Assembly (NCBI GenBank): GCA_004322215.1
Contig: SCSM01000007.1
Location: 192,071-256,070, forward strand
DNA from: Bacteroidota bacterium
Lineage (GTDB): Bacteria; Bacteroidota; Ignavibacteria; Kapaibacteriales; UBA2268
DNA: 64,000 nt
Direction: 5' to 3'
In this document: in pieces, positions 19,495 to 29,687 of the stretch
Position numbering within the stretch: the first letter of the stretch is position 1
Layout of the letters: each line of letters opens with the position of its first letter
Notes under the pieces: model-generated
What the model was told of the DNA's origin: nothing
Seen by the model: the letters and a program-made list of their open reading frames with translations, nothing else
Database searches by the model: none
Program-made: the position numbers and the translations under genes

Positions 19495-20553
19495 TTAAAA
19501 AATCAAATTAAATAAAAATCCAACTATCGTTATTCCCGCTGCAACTATACCTATAAATATAAATATTAAAGGCATCTTCAATACTTTTTTTAGTATAATT
19601 GTCTCCGGTAAAGACAAACCAATTACAGCCATCATAAAAGCAAGAGAAGTACCCAAAGAAGCACCTTTCTCGAGTAAAACCTGAACGACCGGAATAATTC
19701 CAGCTGCATTTGAATATAAGGGAATTCCGATTAAAACCGCCAATGGGACCGAATACCAAACATCTTTTCCCATAAAAGAAGCCATAAAATCCTCAGGTAC
19801 ATAACCGTGTGCAACAGCACCAACTCCGATTCCAACAACAATATAAATCCATACTTTTGATACAATTTCTCTTACTGCCGTATATCCGGCTTCAATTCTA
19901 TCGGTGAATGATATTCTATGTCCAGGGATTTCTACGCTTCCTGATTTTGTTTGATATACCCAATCGGCTACAAATTTTTCGAGCTTTAATTTTCCAATAA
20001 TCCATCCTGATAAAATCGCGATGACCAATCCAGTCGTTACATAAATCAATGCTGTCTGCCATCCGAATAATCCCAATAGTAAAACAACAGCAACCTCATT
20101 AATCATCGGTGCTGCAATTAGGAATGAAAAAGTTACACCTAATGGAATTCCTGATTCGACAAAACCTAAGAAAAGTGGAATTGCCGAGCAAGAGCAAAAT
20201 GGAGTAATAATTCCTAAAGTACCAGCCATGATATTTCCAAGAAACAATGGCTTTCCTTCGAGAGCTTTTCTTGTTTTTTCAGGTGAAAAATATGACCTTA
20301 TTATTCCGACAACAAAAACTATCAACACAAGGAGAAGCATTACTTTCGGGACTTCATAAATGAAAAACCTGATTGATTCCGTCAGATGAGTTCCTGCAGC
20401 CATGCCAAAAAGGTCATAAACAATAAAGTCGGAAAAACTTTTAAGATATAAATAAAATAAAATCCAAAAAATTAAGATAGGAATTGGAATATAATATTTA
20501 TAAACAAAATCCTTTGGCTTAGAAATTATTATTGATTCTTCTTTTGTATTCAT
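19495..20553 (-). CDS. arsP: ArsP-like organoarsenical efflux permease (DUF318/UPF0718 family)
   Basis: 352 aa polytopic membrane protein with the TPFCSCSAIP motif (GIITPFCSCSAIPLFLGF) characteristic of ArsP; located between acr3 and thioredoxin-like genes. Confidence 0.65.
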   Translation of the reverse strand: MNTKEESIIISKPKDFVYKYYIPIPILIFWILFYLYLKSFSDFIVYDLFGMAAGTHLTESIRFFIYEVPKVMLLLVLIVFVVGIIRSYFSPEKTRKALEGKPLFLGNIMAGTLGIITPFCSCSAIPLFLGFVESGIPLGVTFSFLIAAPMINEVAVVLLLGLFGWQTALIYVTTGLVIAILSGWIIGKLKLEKFVADWVYQTKSGSVEIPGHRISFTDRIEAGYTAVREIVSKVWIYIVVGIGVGAVAHGYVPEDFMASFMGKDVWYSVPLAVLIGIPLYSNAAGIIPVVQVLLEKGASLGTSLAFMMAVIGLSLPETIILKKVLKMPLIFIFIGIVAAGITIVGFLFNLIF

Positions 20554-20554
20554 A

Positions 20555-21634
20555 TTATTTGCTTACTTCAACCTGCAATAATTCTTTTTTATTTATTTTG
20601 AAATATTTCTTTTGGAACCACAAGGCAACATTAACCAAAGCAATCAAAGCAGGAACTTCAACTAATGGACCAATTACTGCAGCAAATGCCTCTCCCGAAT
20701 TGATTCCAAACACAGCAACTGCGACTGCAATAGCAAGCTCGAAATTGTTACTTGCCGCTGTAAATGACAATGTTGCTGTTTTCGAATAATCAGCACCAAT
20801 TTTCTTTCCCATATAAAATGATACTAAAAACATTATAACAAAATAAAGCAGTAGCGGAATAGCTATCCTCACAACATCGAGCGGTATCTTTACTATGTAT
20901 TCCCCTTTTAATGAAAACATAACAATTATTGTAAAAAGCAGGGCAATTAATGTAATCGGGCTGATTTTCGGAATGAACTTTTTATGATACCATTCTTTGT
21001 TTTTTATTTTGATTAAAGTGAATCTTGTTATTATTCCAGCAATAAAAGGGATACCGAGATATATAAAAACACTCTCAGCAATTTGACCTATAGTAACATC
21101 AACCTTGAAAGACTGAAGTCCAAGCCATTTTGGCAAAACTGTAATAAACACATAAGCATAAACAGAAAAGAACAGCACCTGGAATATTGAATTGAATGCA
21201 ACAAGTCCAGCGGCGTATTCAGTATCACCTTTGGCAAGTTCATTCCAGACGATTACCATTGCAATACATCTCGCAAGACCAATCATAATCAGGCCTGCCA
21301 TATAATGCGGATAGTCCTGGAGAAAAAGAATAGCAAGAAAGAACATTAGTATAGGACCGACAATCCAGTTTTGAACAAGTGACAATCCGAGAATTTTGAA
21401 ATTCTTAAAAACATCTCCCAGCTCTTCATACCTTACTTTAGCAAGCGGTGGATACATCATTAAAATCAATCCCACTGCAATTGGAATATTTGTCGTACCT
21501 GATTGAAATTGCTCCCAGAAGCCAACTATACCCGGGAATAAATATCCCGATATAACTCCAACAAACATTGCAAGAAAAATCCAGAGTGTTAAGAATCTGT
21601 CTAAGAAAGACAGCTTTTTCATAATTTCAGCCAT
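20555..21634 (-). CDS. acr3: Arsenite efflux transporter, ACR3 family
   Basis: 359 aa; strong ACR3 pattern (..[49 protein letters not shown]..). Confidence 0.85.
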   Translation of the reverse strand: MAEIMKKLSFLDRFLTLWIFLAMFVGVISGYLFPGIVGFWEQFQSGTTNIPIAVGLILMMYPPLAKVRYEELGDVFKNFKILGLSLVQNWIVGPILMFFLAILFLQDYPHYMAGLIMIGLARCIAMVIVWNELAKGDTEYAAGLVAFNSIFQVLFFSVYAYVFITVLPKWLGLQSFKVDVTIGQIAESVFIYLGIPFIAGIITRFTLIKIKNKEWYHKKFIPKISPITLIALLFTIIVMFSLKGEYIVKIPLDVVRIAIPLLLYFVIMFLVSFYMGKKIGADYSKTATLSFTAASNNFELAIAVAVAVFGINSGEAFAAVIGPLVEVPALIALVNVALWFQKKYFKINKKELLQVEVSK

Positions 21635-21652
21635 TGAGAACTCGTTTTAATA

Positions 21653-21682
21653 GTTTTAAGTTTTAAGTTTTAAGTTTTTTAA
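21653..21682. repeat. Heptamer tandem repeat (GTTTTAA) x ~4.5 in acr3-arsM intergenic spacer
   Basis: tagttttaagttttaagttttaagtttttta read directly. Confidence 0.8.
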
Positions 21683-21732
21683 TTTATTCAACAATAAACA
21701 TTTATAACACAATATTTTTCCATTATCCTGTT

Positions 21733-22539
21733 TCAATTTTTCTCTGCTGTTACAGTTATGCTGACAATTGGATTAATGTGTTTCCTGAATTCATCAATCT
21801 CATTTAAATCGAGGTAATTCATAAGAATTGATGATGGAATTTTTATATTCTTTTCCTTTACAATCTGAATATTATCAAAACCGGATGATTTAATTATGTC
21901 CAGGTAATCAATTTTTTGTAAGGCACCAGCAACACATCCTGCATACATTTCAGCAGCTGATTGCAACTTGTCCGGGAGAATGGTATTCAGAACTATATCA
22001 GAAATGCAGAATCTTCCACCACTTTTAAGTACTCTGAATATTTCCGAAAAAGCTTTCTTCTTGTTCGGAACAAGATTTAATACACAATTGCTGATTACTA
22101 AATCTATGGTATCATTATCAACGGGTAAACTTTCGATTTCTCCGAGTCTGAATTCTACGTTTTCAAATTTAAGCTTCTTTTTATTTTCATTTGCTTTGTC
22201 GAGCATATCATGTGTCATATCTACACCAATAACCCTGCCTGATTCTCCGACATATCTTCTTGCGATGAATACATCGTTACCGGCACCTGCACCCAAATCG
22301 AGAACTGTTTCACCTTTTTGAATCTTTGCGAACTCTGTTGGCAATCCGCATCCCAAACCTAAATCAGCTTCGTCGAAATACCCTTCAATCGGCTTATAAT
22401 CATCACTCATCACCGAGTAATCTATCGTGTAAGGACCGCTTCCGCAGCACCCTGCACCTGCTTTCTGCTTCGATGATTGCCTCGCTATTTCACCGTATTT
22501 TTCTTTAACCAATTCTTTTATTTCCTCATCCGTTCTCAT
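21733..22539 (-). CDS. arsM: Arsenite S-adenosylmethionine methyltransferase ArsM
   Basis: 268 aa; N-terminal cysteine pair GAGCCGSGP, SAM motif I VLDLGAGAGNDVFIA, downstream Cys residues, in ars operon. Confidence 0.8.
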   Translation of the reverse strand: MRTDEEIKELVKEKYGEIARQSSKQKAGAGCCGSGPYTIDYSVMSDDYKPIEGYFDEADLGLGCGLPTEFAKIQKGETVLDLGAGAGNDVFIARRYVGESGRVIGVDMTHDMLDKANENKKKLKFENVEFRLGEIESLPVDNDTIDLVISNCVLNLVPNKKKAFSEIFRVLKSGGRFCISDIVLNTILPDKLQSAAEMYAGCVAGALQKIDYLDIIKSSGFDNIQIVKEKNIKIPSSILMNYLDLNEIDEFRKHINPIVSITVTAEKN

Positions 22540-22540
22540 T

Positions 22541-22960
22541 TTACACCTTTATATAATGTTTATAAAATTCTTTAAATTCTTCCATAATAAAATCACGAAC
22601 TTCCCTGTATTTATTCATCGTTTCTTCCTCATTTCCCGTAAATGTGTATGGGTCTTCAAATCCTATGTGTAACCTATGTTTTACTTTCCCTGTGAAGACA
22701 GGGCAAGTTTCTTTTGCATTGTCGCATACTGTTATTACATAATCAAAATCATCATTAATAAATTGGTCAACAGATTTCGGATATTGATTAGTAATATCAA
22801 TTCTTACTTCATTCATTACTTTAACAGCTTTTGAACTGATTTTTGTTGCAGGTACAGTTCCTGCAGAAAAGACATCAAGAGTAATATCGAGTGATTTTAA
22901 AAATCCTTCAGCCATTTGGCTTCGACAGGAATTTCCTGTGCATAGTATTAATATCTTCAT
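22541..22960 (-). CDS. arsC: Arsenate reductase ArsC, LMW-PTP / thioredoxin-coupled type
   Basis: Track ORF extends to 23026, but the internal Met gives the canonical start MKILILCTGNSCRSQMAEGF (CX5R P-loop of LMW-PTP ArsC), 139 aa. Confidence 0.85.
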   Translation of the reverse strand: MKILILCTGNSCRSQMAEGFLKSLDITLDVFSAGTVPATKISSKAVKVMNEVRIDITNQYPKSVDQFINDDFDYVITVCDNAKETCPVFTGKVKHRLHIGFEDPYTFTGNEEETMNKYREVRDFIMEEFKEFYKHYIKV

Positions 22961-22988
22961 CTCTATATAATTTTTATTAATTACCTGA

Positions 22989-23333
22989 TTAAATATTACA
23001 AATTTTATTTCTATCGACAATTTCAAGCTTTCGTTTATCGGCTTTAATTCTTGCTTCGTCGTTTAACCATTCAGTCATAAGTTTCATTAGTTTTCTAACC
23101 TGAGGTTCATCGGTTTTGTCATTAAGCTTGTAATCAACCCATTTTCCGTTTTTTTCATCGAGAATGAATCCGGCGTCCCTAAGCAATGAAAGATGTTTCG
23201 ATACAGTTGAATTTGCCAGATTCAGTACTGCCCTGATTTCGCATACACACATAGGACAGTCTTCGAGCATTTTAAGTATTCGAAGTCTGTTTGAATCCGA
23301 CAAAGCTTTAAATATTTTTACATAATTTCTCAT
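22989..23333 (-). CDS. arsR: ArsR/SmtB family metalloregulator
   Basis: 114 aa; HTH with metal-binding CVC (LEDCPMCVCEIRAVLNLANSTVSKHLSLL). Confidence 0.85.
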   Translation of the reverse strand: MRNYVKIFKALSDSNRLRILKMLEDCPMCVCEIRAVLNLANSTVSKHLSLLRDAGFILDEKNGKWVDYKLNDKTDEPQVRKLMKLMTEWLNDEARIKADKRKLEIVDRNKICNI

Positions 23334-23347
23334 ATTTCCTCATTTTC

Positions 23348-23367
23348 ATTTCGTTATTTTACGAAAT
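23348..23367. promoter_or_regulatory. Inverted repeat ATTTCGT-N6-ACGAAAT upstream of arsR (candidate ArsR operator)
   Basis: 7-bp perfect arms, 15 nt upstream of the arsR start codon, in the divergent arsR / oxidoreductase promoter region. Confidence 0.4.
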
Positions 23368-23434
23368 ATAAAAATAATTGTTTCATAAAAAAAATATTTT
23401 TTAAATATTACCTTTTAATGTTTAAATTAATAAT

Positions 23435-24547
23435 ATGAAAAATATTCTAATTCTCGGAGGTTATGGCAATTCCGGCAAACAGGTTGTCGAATTGCTTTTA
23501 AAATTTACTGATTGTAATATTATCATTGCCGGTAGGAGTTTGGAGAAATCGAAAATGCTTTCAGATAAATTAAATATTTTATTTGAAGGAAACCGGGTAT
23601 TCTTTAAGAGTCTTGACGCTGAAAATATTGATATGCTCACTATTGCTTTCAAAAAGATTGATATGGTTATTGTTTGTTCGTCAACCCTTCTATATTATAA
23701 AAATATAATTAACACAGCAATCGAAGCCGGTATTGATTACTTCGATATAAATATATCAAAAGAGAAAAATGATTATTTATTTTCAAAAGAAAACATTATT
23801 AAAGATAAACGACTTTGCTTTATAACTGATGGCGGCTTTCATCCCGGTGTTCCGGGCGCTTTGGTTAAATATGCATCAACAAAGTATGATTATATTGAAA
23901 TGGCAAATGTATATGGTTTGATGAAAATTAACTGGAAAAACTACTCTTTTTCTAAAGAAACAATTTTGGAATTTGTAAAAGAATTTCAAAATTTTAATAC
24001 CTTGACTTATAAAAATCACAATTGGAAAAAATTATCTTATTCCGAATCCGAAAAGGTTGATTTTGGAGAAGATTACGGTAAGCAGAAGTTTTATCCGATG
24101 CATCTCGATGAAATGAATGATTTACCTGAGAAACTCAATACCTTAAATGAAACTGGATTTTATGTATCAGGATTCAATTGGTTTGTTGATTATTTTATAT
24201 TGCCACTTGCCGTCATTCTATTAAAAATCTTCGGAAAATTTGCCTTGAATCCGGTTAGCAAAATGTTTGTCTTCGGATTAAAACATTTTTCCAAGCCGCC
24301 ATATAATATAATTCTAAAGTTAAAATCAGAAGGCCTTAAAAACGGAAGAAAATGTTTTTTTGAAATGAATTTAATTAATAAAGATGCTTATCAAATGACT
24401 GCAATTCCTGTCGCTGCTGCAATTAAACAATATCTTGTTCGAGATGAAAATACCGGTGTATGGTACCAATCAAATTTTGTAGAGCCGTTACAGTTTATCA
24501 AAGATATGGAATTATTTGGAATGAAAATCGAGGAATCCAATTGCTGA
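23435..24547 (+). CDS. Saccharopine dehydrogenase-like NAD(P)-binding oxidoreductase
   Basis: 370 aa; N-terminal Rossmann ILILGGYGNSGKQVVELL, overall resemblance to the saccharopine dehydrogenase NADP-binding family. Confidence 0.55.
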   Translation: MKNILILGGYGNSGKQVVELLLKFTDCNIIIAGRSLEKSKMLSDKLNILFEGNRVFFKSLDAENIDMLTIAFKKIDMVIVCSSTLLYYKNIINTAIEAGIDYFDINISKEKNDYLFSKENIIKDKRLCFITDGGFHPGVPGALVKYASTKYDYIEMANVYGLMKINWKNYSFSKETILEFVKEFQNFNTLTYKNHNWKKLSYSESEKVDFGEDYGKQKFYPMHLDEMNDLPEKLNTLNETGFYVSGFNWFVDYFILPLAVILLKIFGKFALNPVSKMFVFGLKHFSKPPYNIILKLKSEGLKNGRKCFFEMNLINKDAYQMTAIPVAAAIKQYLVRDENTGVWYQSNFVEPLQFIKDMELFGMKIEESNC

Positions 24548-24550
24548 TTG

Positions 24551-25225
24551 TCAAACTCCTCTTGTATTCGGTTCCCAGATGTATTTATGAATTTGAAGCT
24601 GTAATCTTGCTTTAATATTACTTTCAAGCAGCCAATTAGCAAGTGTTACAGGTTCAATTATATCGAAAGCAGGTGAAAATAATATATTAGTAGTCTTTTT
24701 AGTTAATTTATACTGTTTAATGATTTCCATTGCCCAGTCAAAGTCCTTTCTATCGGCAATTACAAATTTGATTTCGTCTTTTTTATTAATGTAATTAATA
24801 TTTTCAAATTTATTTAACTTAACCATACCCGATGCAGGACACTTAATATCCATTATTTTAATTACTCTTTTATCTACTTCAGAAACATCGAAAGCACCGC
24901 TTGTTTCGAGTGAAACGGTTAATTTCTTATCGCATAAAAGCTTCATAAATGGTATTACATTTTCCTGGTTCAATGGTTCGCCACCGGTAATTTGGATAAA
25001 TTTACAACCGAATTTTTTTACTGATTCAATAATTTCACTGAATGTCATTTTGCTGCTGTCACCGTTAAATTTCAAGGCGTAAGGTGTATCGCACCATTTA
25101 CACCTTAATTTACAACCCTGTAAGCGAATGAAGACACAAGGTAAACCTGCCCTCGTACCTTCTCCCTGAATTGAATAAAATATTTCGGAGACATTCAATT
25201 TTATATCATTCGATAGTATTTTCAT
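24551..25225 (-). CDS. queE: 7-carboxy-7-deazaguanine synthase QueE (radical SAM)
   Basis: 224 aa; EIFYSIQGEGTRAGLPCVFIRLQGCKLRCKWCDT = QueE CxxxCxxC cluster context. Confidence 0.8.
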   Translation of the reverse strand: MKILSNDIKLNVSEIFYSIQGEGTRAGLPCVFIRLQGCKLRCKWCDTPYALKFNGDSSKMTFSEIIESVKKFGCKFIQITGGEPLNQENVIPFMKLLCDKKLTVSLETSGAFDVSEVDKRVIKIMDIKCPASGMVKLNKFENINYINKKDEIKFVIADRKDFDWAMEIIKQYKLTKKTTNILFSPAFDIIEPVTLANWLLESNIKARLQLQIHKYIWEPNTRGV

Positions 25226-25347
25226 TTAAAAAATTCAATAATTCTTAAAATTTGTTTATGTTGAGCTTTCAATTTATAAAATCATTTAATAATAGCTAAA
25301 AATTTATTATATTTAAGTAAATTCTACAGAGTTTTTTCGATTAATAA

Positions 25348-28128
25348 GTGATGAAAATTAAATTAATCATTATATATCTGTTTTTAACGTTAATACCATC
25401 TGTATTTCTTTTATTTAATATAAAGAATAACAGCAATGATATTTATTATAATGTGGATACCCGATTAATGCATAAATTATCAAAAGCCGAACTTGCATTA
25501 ATTCGAACCGAATATGAATTTATGAAAATCCGAAATCCCTATACTAATTCTATTCCTAAAAATGCAAGGCAGAGGGAGCTCGAATTTTCCAGCCAAATAC
25601 CGACAAGAGAATCATTTCAAATGAAAAACAAAGATGTTACCCTTTCACAGCAATGGACTTCGATGGGTCCTAAGAATGTAAGCGGAAGAATGTTAGCTAT
25701 TGAATTTGATATAAATAATGAAAATGTAATTTTGGCTGGAAGTGCATCCGGTGGTATATGGAAATCAATTGACAGGGGCAATTCGTGGATTAGAACAAGT
25801 TCCCCTGATGATTTACTGGGTGTTACTTGCATAGCACAGGATTTGAGAATGGGTAAAAATAATATCTGGTATTACGGTTCAGGGGAATTGTTAAGTACAA
25901 CCGACAGAAGAATTACCACATCAGTCAGGACAATTGGTCTGGGTAATGGAATTTATAAATCAACTGATAACGGTTCGTCTTGGTTCCCGTTAAAGAAAAC
26001 ACAATGTCTATTGAATGGCAAACTGAGTGAGGTTTTCCAGGGTATTTGGAATATAAAAATTGATAAAAAGAGTGCTAATGAAGATATTTTATACGCTGCC
26101 TGTTATGGTGCAATAATGAGAAGTTCAAATGGTGGTAACTCATGGGATATGGTCCTTGGAGACACTAATAAAAAATCTTTTTCTACTGACATAGCAATGA
26201 CCGATAACGGCATTTATTATGCTTCATTAAGTACATTTACAAGTTCAGGCAAAAAGCCGGAATATACCGGCATTTGGAAATCAACAAACGGTATAAACTG
26301 GATAAACATTACTCCTGATGATTTCCCTTCCGAAACCAGAGTTATTAAATTAGCATTAGCTCCTTCGAATCATAATGTTTTGTATGTCATTACCGAGGTT
26401 CCACAACATTCCAAATCCATACAGGCATTTTATCCGTCTTATCATGGATTATATAAATTTACTGTTAATCCTTCAACAGGGCAAGGGACATGGGAAACAA
26501 AAACAGCAAATTTGCCCGGTGAAGGAACAGATAATTATGATGATAACAGTTTAAATACTTTAGGAGGTTATGCTCTCGTACTAAAAGTTAAACCGGATGA
26601 TGAAAATGTACTTTTCCTCGGTGGTACAAGCATGTTTAGAACAACTAATGGATTCAATGATTCAACAACAAATAAAAATATAGGCGGTTACCCTTATGAT
26701 TGGACTGTAAATGAATTGCATCCCGATATGCACGGTATTGCTTTTCTTCCGTCTAATCCCAATACCATGTTTGTTGCTAATGATGGGGGTATTCAGGTTA
26801 CAATCAATTGCATGGATGATTTTGTTAAATGGAATTATTCATCCGATGGATTGATAACTTCACAATTTTATACCATTGCAATTGACCATAAAGGAAATCA
26901 TGACGGTTTATACTTTGGTGGACTTCAGGATAATGCATCCCAGGTTTTGAATTCCGATGACCCCGACCAGTCATGGAAAACTATATACGGAGGTGATGGT
27001 ATGTCAACTGCAATCGCCGATAATGGCGATTTCCTTATCGGTTCTATTTATTACGGTTACATTTTTACATCTGACATTGAAGGAAATAAAATCATAATGC
27101 AAAGACCAAACATAATCGAGTGGTCACAAAGTTCATTTTATACTACCTTCACTCTGGATATTAATAACTCAAAAACCTTGTATTTATCTGCTAAGAACCA
27201 GGTATGGAGAAAAAATGACATTTCGGTTTCAGCATTCGATAGCAGCAGAGTTGAAGAAGGATGGGAGGAAATTTCTGCTGATAAAATTGGCTATTCTTCG
27301 TATGTTTCTGCCTTAAAAGCAGATTCTTCGAGATTATATATCGGAACAAGTAATGGTAAAGTATTTAGGTTGGATGACCCAAGAAGCAACAAAAATTCTC
27401 CTTATGAAATTACTTGTAAGGACTTCCCTTTCTTTGGTTTTATATCCTGCATTGAAACTGAGCCGGATAATTCTGACAATGTTTTTGTAGTATTCTCTAA
27501 TTATGCTGTCCTAAGTATATTTTATTCCTCCGATGGAGGAATGAATTGGACAAAACAGGGAGGAAATCTTGAGGGTAATTATGAAACAGGGACTTTGGGA
27601 CCATCTGTCAGATATGTCAAAATCCTGAAATTTCATGGCAAAACGGTTTACTTTGCAGGTACAAGTACCGGCTTGTATTCAACAACAGAACTTGTTGGCT
27701 CCAATACGGTTTGGGTGAAAGAAGCTTCCAATACAATAGGAAATTCAATTATCGATTATATCGATACCCGAAACACAGACGGTTTAGTTGTAATCGCCAC
27801 ACAAGGCAGCGGAGTCTTTAACGCATATTATTCAATTAGTGGTAATGATTCAAGAAACACGGAGAATTATTTTTCATTGGAACAGAATTCACCAAATCCT
27901 GCAGAAGATTATACGGATATTAAATTTTCAACTGAGAAACCCGGCAATTCAATCATCAATTTATATGATATGCACGGAAACTTTATTAAAAATATTACAA
28001 ATACATATTACCATACCGGTAACCATAGTATTAGATTGAATGTATCGAATTTAAAATCCGGAGTTTATTTTTATACTATGGAATCCGGTAATAAGAAACA
28101 AACAAAAAAAATGATTATTCTTCGATAA
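25348..28128 (+). CDS. Secreted BNR/Asp-box repeat (sialidase/GH74-like beta-propeller) protein with T9SS C-terminal sorting domain
   Basis: 926 aa; repeated S-x-D-x-G-x-S/T-W motifs (SIDRGNSW, STDNGSSW, SSNGGNSW, SSDGGMNW); C-terminal ~80 aa ..SPNPAEDYTDIKFS..SGVYFYTMESGNKKQTKKMIILR typical of Por/T9SS CTD. Confidence 0.7.
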   Translation: MMKIKLIIIYLFLTLIPSVFLLFNIKNNSNDIYYNVDTRLMHKLSKAELALIRTEYEFMKIRNPYTNSIPKNARQRELEFSSQIPTRESFQMKNKDVTLSQQWTSMGPKNVSGRMLAIEFDINNENVILAGSASGGIWKSIDRGNSWIRTSSPDDLLGVTCIAQDLRMGKNNIWYYGSGELLSTTDRRITTSVRTIGLGNGIYKSTDNGSSWFPLKKTQCLLNGKLSEVFQGIWNIKIDKKSANEDILYAACYGAIMRSSNGGNSWDMVLGDTNKKSFSTDIAMTDNGIYYASLSTFTSSGKKPEYTGIWKSTNGINWINITPDDFPSETRVIKLALAPSNHNVLYVITEVPQHSKSIQAFYPSYHGLYKFTVNPSTGQGTWETKTANLPGEGTDNYDDNSLNTLGGYALVLKVKPDDENVLFLGGTSMFRTTNGFNDSTTNKNIGGYPYDWTVNELHPDMHGIAFLPSNPNTMFVANDGGIQVTINCMDDFVKWNYSSDGLITSQFYTIAIDHKGNHDGLYFGGLQDNASQVLNSDDPDQSWKTIYGGDGMSTAIADNGDFLIGSIYYGYIFTSDIEGNKIIMQRPNIIEWSQSSFYTTFTLDINNSKTLYLSAKNQVWRKNDISVSAFDSSRVEEGWEEISADKIGYSSYVSALKADSSRLYIGTSNGKVFRLDDPRSNKNSPYEITCKDFPFFGFISCIETEPDNSDNVFVVFSNYAVLSIFYSSDGGMNWTKQGGNLEGNYETGTLGPSVRYVKILKFHGKTVYFAGTSTGLYSTTELVGSNTVWVKEASNTIGNSIIDYIDTRNTDGLVVIATQGSGVFNAYYSISGNDSRNTENYFSLEQNSPNPAEDYTDIKFSTEKPGNSIINLYDMHGNFIKNITNTYYHTGNHSIRLNVSNLKSGVYFYTMESGNKKQTKKMIILR

Positions 28129-28138
28129 TATACATGAT

Positions 28139-29065
28139 ATGAGAATCTTATCCTTATTCTTTAGTGCTGACAGAAATTATATCGCTGTTGTTGATGAAAC
28201 CCCAAAAGGGCTTCGGCTGATTCATGTTAATTCAACCGAACATGGAATTGATTTATTTACTGCAAAAGATGATATTTTAGAATCAGCTATTAATGAATAC
28301 CATAAATTACTAAAGCTAATTCCCGAAAAAATCGAACAGCTTGTCATTACCTTACCTGCTGAGCATGTACTTGTATCAAAATTTCCCGGTAATGAAAATA
28401 TTTCAATGAATGATTTGAAAAAACTTGTCGAATTGGAAATTAAACAGAATTTTCCACAGTTTAATTATCATGATTTCACTTCAACGGTAATACCATTACT
28501 TCCGGGAATGGATAAGAAACTAATGCTAATGGGAATTATAATACCAAAGGATATTTATGCAACCTGCAAAATACTTTTGGAACCACTGGATTTGCCAATT
28601 AAAAATGTCGAAATCAGCCAGCTTAATACTCATTCGGCTTTTATTTATAATTATCCCGAACATTCTGACAAAGCTGTTGCTTTCTTCGGCATCAAAAAAA
28701 GATTTATAGATATTAGCGTCATAAAAGAAAAAAAGCCCTTATATTATAATCTTGTGTCGTATAAAGATAATGAATCAATTTGTGATATTTGTCATTCTGA
28801 ATTTACAAGAATAGTATCAGAATATATTGATAAAATTGATTTGGTATATTTCTTCGGTTACTCACTTACAAAAGAAATCCTCGATAAAGCAAAAGAAGTA
28901 CTTTCATCCAGTGTTGATTATATCGGAAGATTAAATGCCTTCAGAATGATGACAGCATCGCTTAGCGACAGGGAGAAAGATTATTGTTCGAGAGCTGCTC
29001 ATATTTACCCACCGTGCATCGGTGCATGTATTCCACCGTTCCACAACAGGATAAAATTAATATAA
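28139..29065 (+). CDS. Hypothetical protein (possibly actin-like-fold, Bacteroidetes DUF commonly found upstream of rsmD)
   Basis: 308 aa, no motif recognised with confidence; stop overlaps rsmD start (TAATG). Confidence 0.4.
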   Translation: MRILSLFFSADRNYIAVVDETPKGLRLIHVNSTEHGIDLFTAKDDILESAINEYHKLLKLIPEKIEQLVITLPAEHVLVSKFPGNENISMNDLKKLVELEIKQNFPQFNYHDFTSTVIPLLPGMDKKLMLMGIIIPKDIYATCKILLEPLDLPIKNVEISQLNTHSAFIYNYPEHSDKAVAFFGIKKRFIDISVIKEKKPLYYNLVSYKDNESICDICHSEFTRIVSEYIDKIDLVYFFGYSLTKEILDKAKEVLSSSVDYIGRLNAFRMMTASLSDREKDYCSRAAHIYPPCIGACIPPFHNRIKLI

Positions 29066-29640
29066 TGAGGATTGTGTCAGGTGATTTGAAAGGCAGGAGA
29101 ATCAAGGAGCAAATTCCCGCTTTTATTAGGCCCACAACTGATAAAGTCAGGGAAGCAATATTCAATATTCTGGAAAATCACATATCATTCGATGATTTAA
29201 TTATTGCCGACATTTGCGCGGGTACAGGTATGCTGGGTTTTGAAGCACTCAGCAGGGGATGCAAACAATGTTTTTTTGTAGATAAGAATATTCAATCCGT
29301 AAAATTTATTAAATCAACTGCAAAACTATTCGGAATTGATGATAAAAGATATATTATTCAGAAACATGACGCATTAAAATTTCTTAAAGAATTAAAAATT
29401 AATTTCCCTGATACACAATTTGATGTGATTTTTACAGACCCGCCATATAAAGCAAATTTCTTAAATCAAATGGTTGTTCTTATTAATTCTGAGAATTTAT
29501 TAAATAAAAATGGAATTTTTGTTGCAGAACATGATGATACCGAAGTTATCTTGTTCCCGGAAAGTTGGAATAAAATTTCTGATAAAACATACAGTATAAC
29601 CAGGGTTGAAATATTTCGTATTGTAGGAAAAAATTATTAG
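29065..29640 (+). CDS. rsmD: 16S rRNA (guanine966-N2)-methyltransferase RsmD
   Basis: Start moved to in-frame ATG 29065 (MRIVSGDLKGRRI..RPTTDKVREAIFNIL..DVIFTDPPYK), classic RsmD N-terminus and DPPY motif. Confidence 0.85.
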   Translation: MRIVSGDLKGRRIKEQIPAFIRPTTDKVREAIFNILENHISFDDLIIADICAGTGMLGFEALSRGCKQCFFVDKNIQSVKFIKSTAKLFGIDDKRYIIQKHDALKFLKELKINFPDTQFDVIFTDPPYKANFLNQMVVLINSENLLNKNGIFVAEHDDTEVILFPESWNKISDKTYSITRVEIFRIVGKNY

Positions 29641-29653
29641 ATTCATATAATCA

Positions 29654-29677
29654 TTCCCCCTCTTTTCAGAGGGGGAA
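29654..29677. terminator. GC-rich hairpin between convergent rsmD and aldehyde dehydrogenase genes
   Basis: TTCCCCCTC-ttttca-GAGGGGGAA, 9-bp perfect stem; flanked by an A9 run on the plus strand; U-tract context weak in both directions. Confidence 0.45.
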
Positions 29678-29687
29678 TAAAAAAAAA

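Noticed and set aside
21653-21682. Short tandem repeats (here and at 60611-60757) considered as CRISPR arrays
   Set aside because: Units are 7 bp without spacers; no 25-40 bp repeat/spacer periodicity anywhere in the window and no cas genes.
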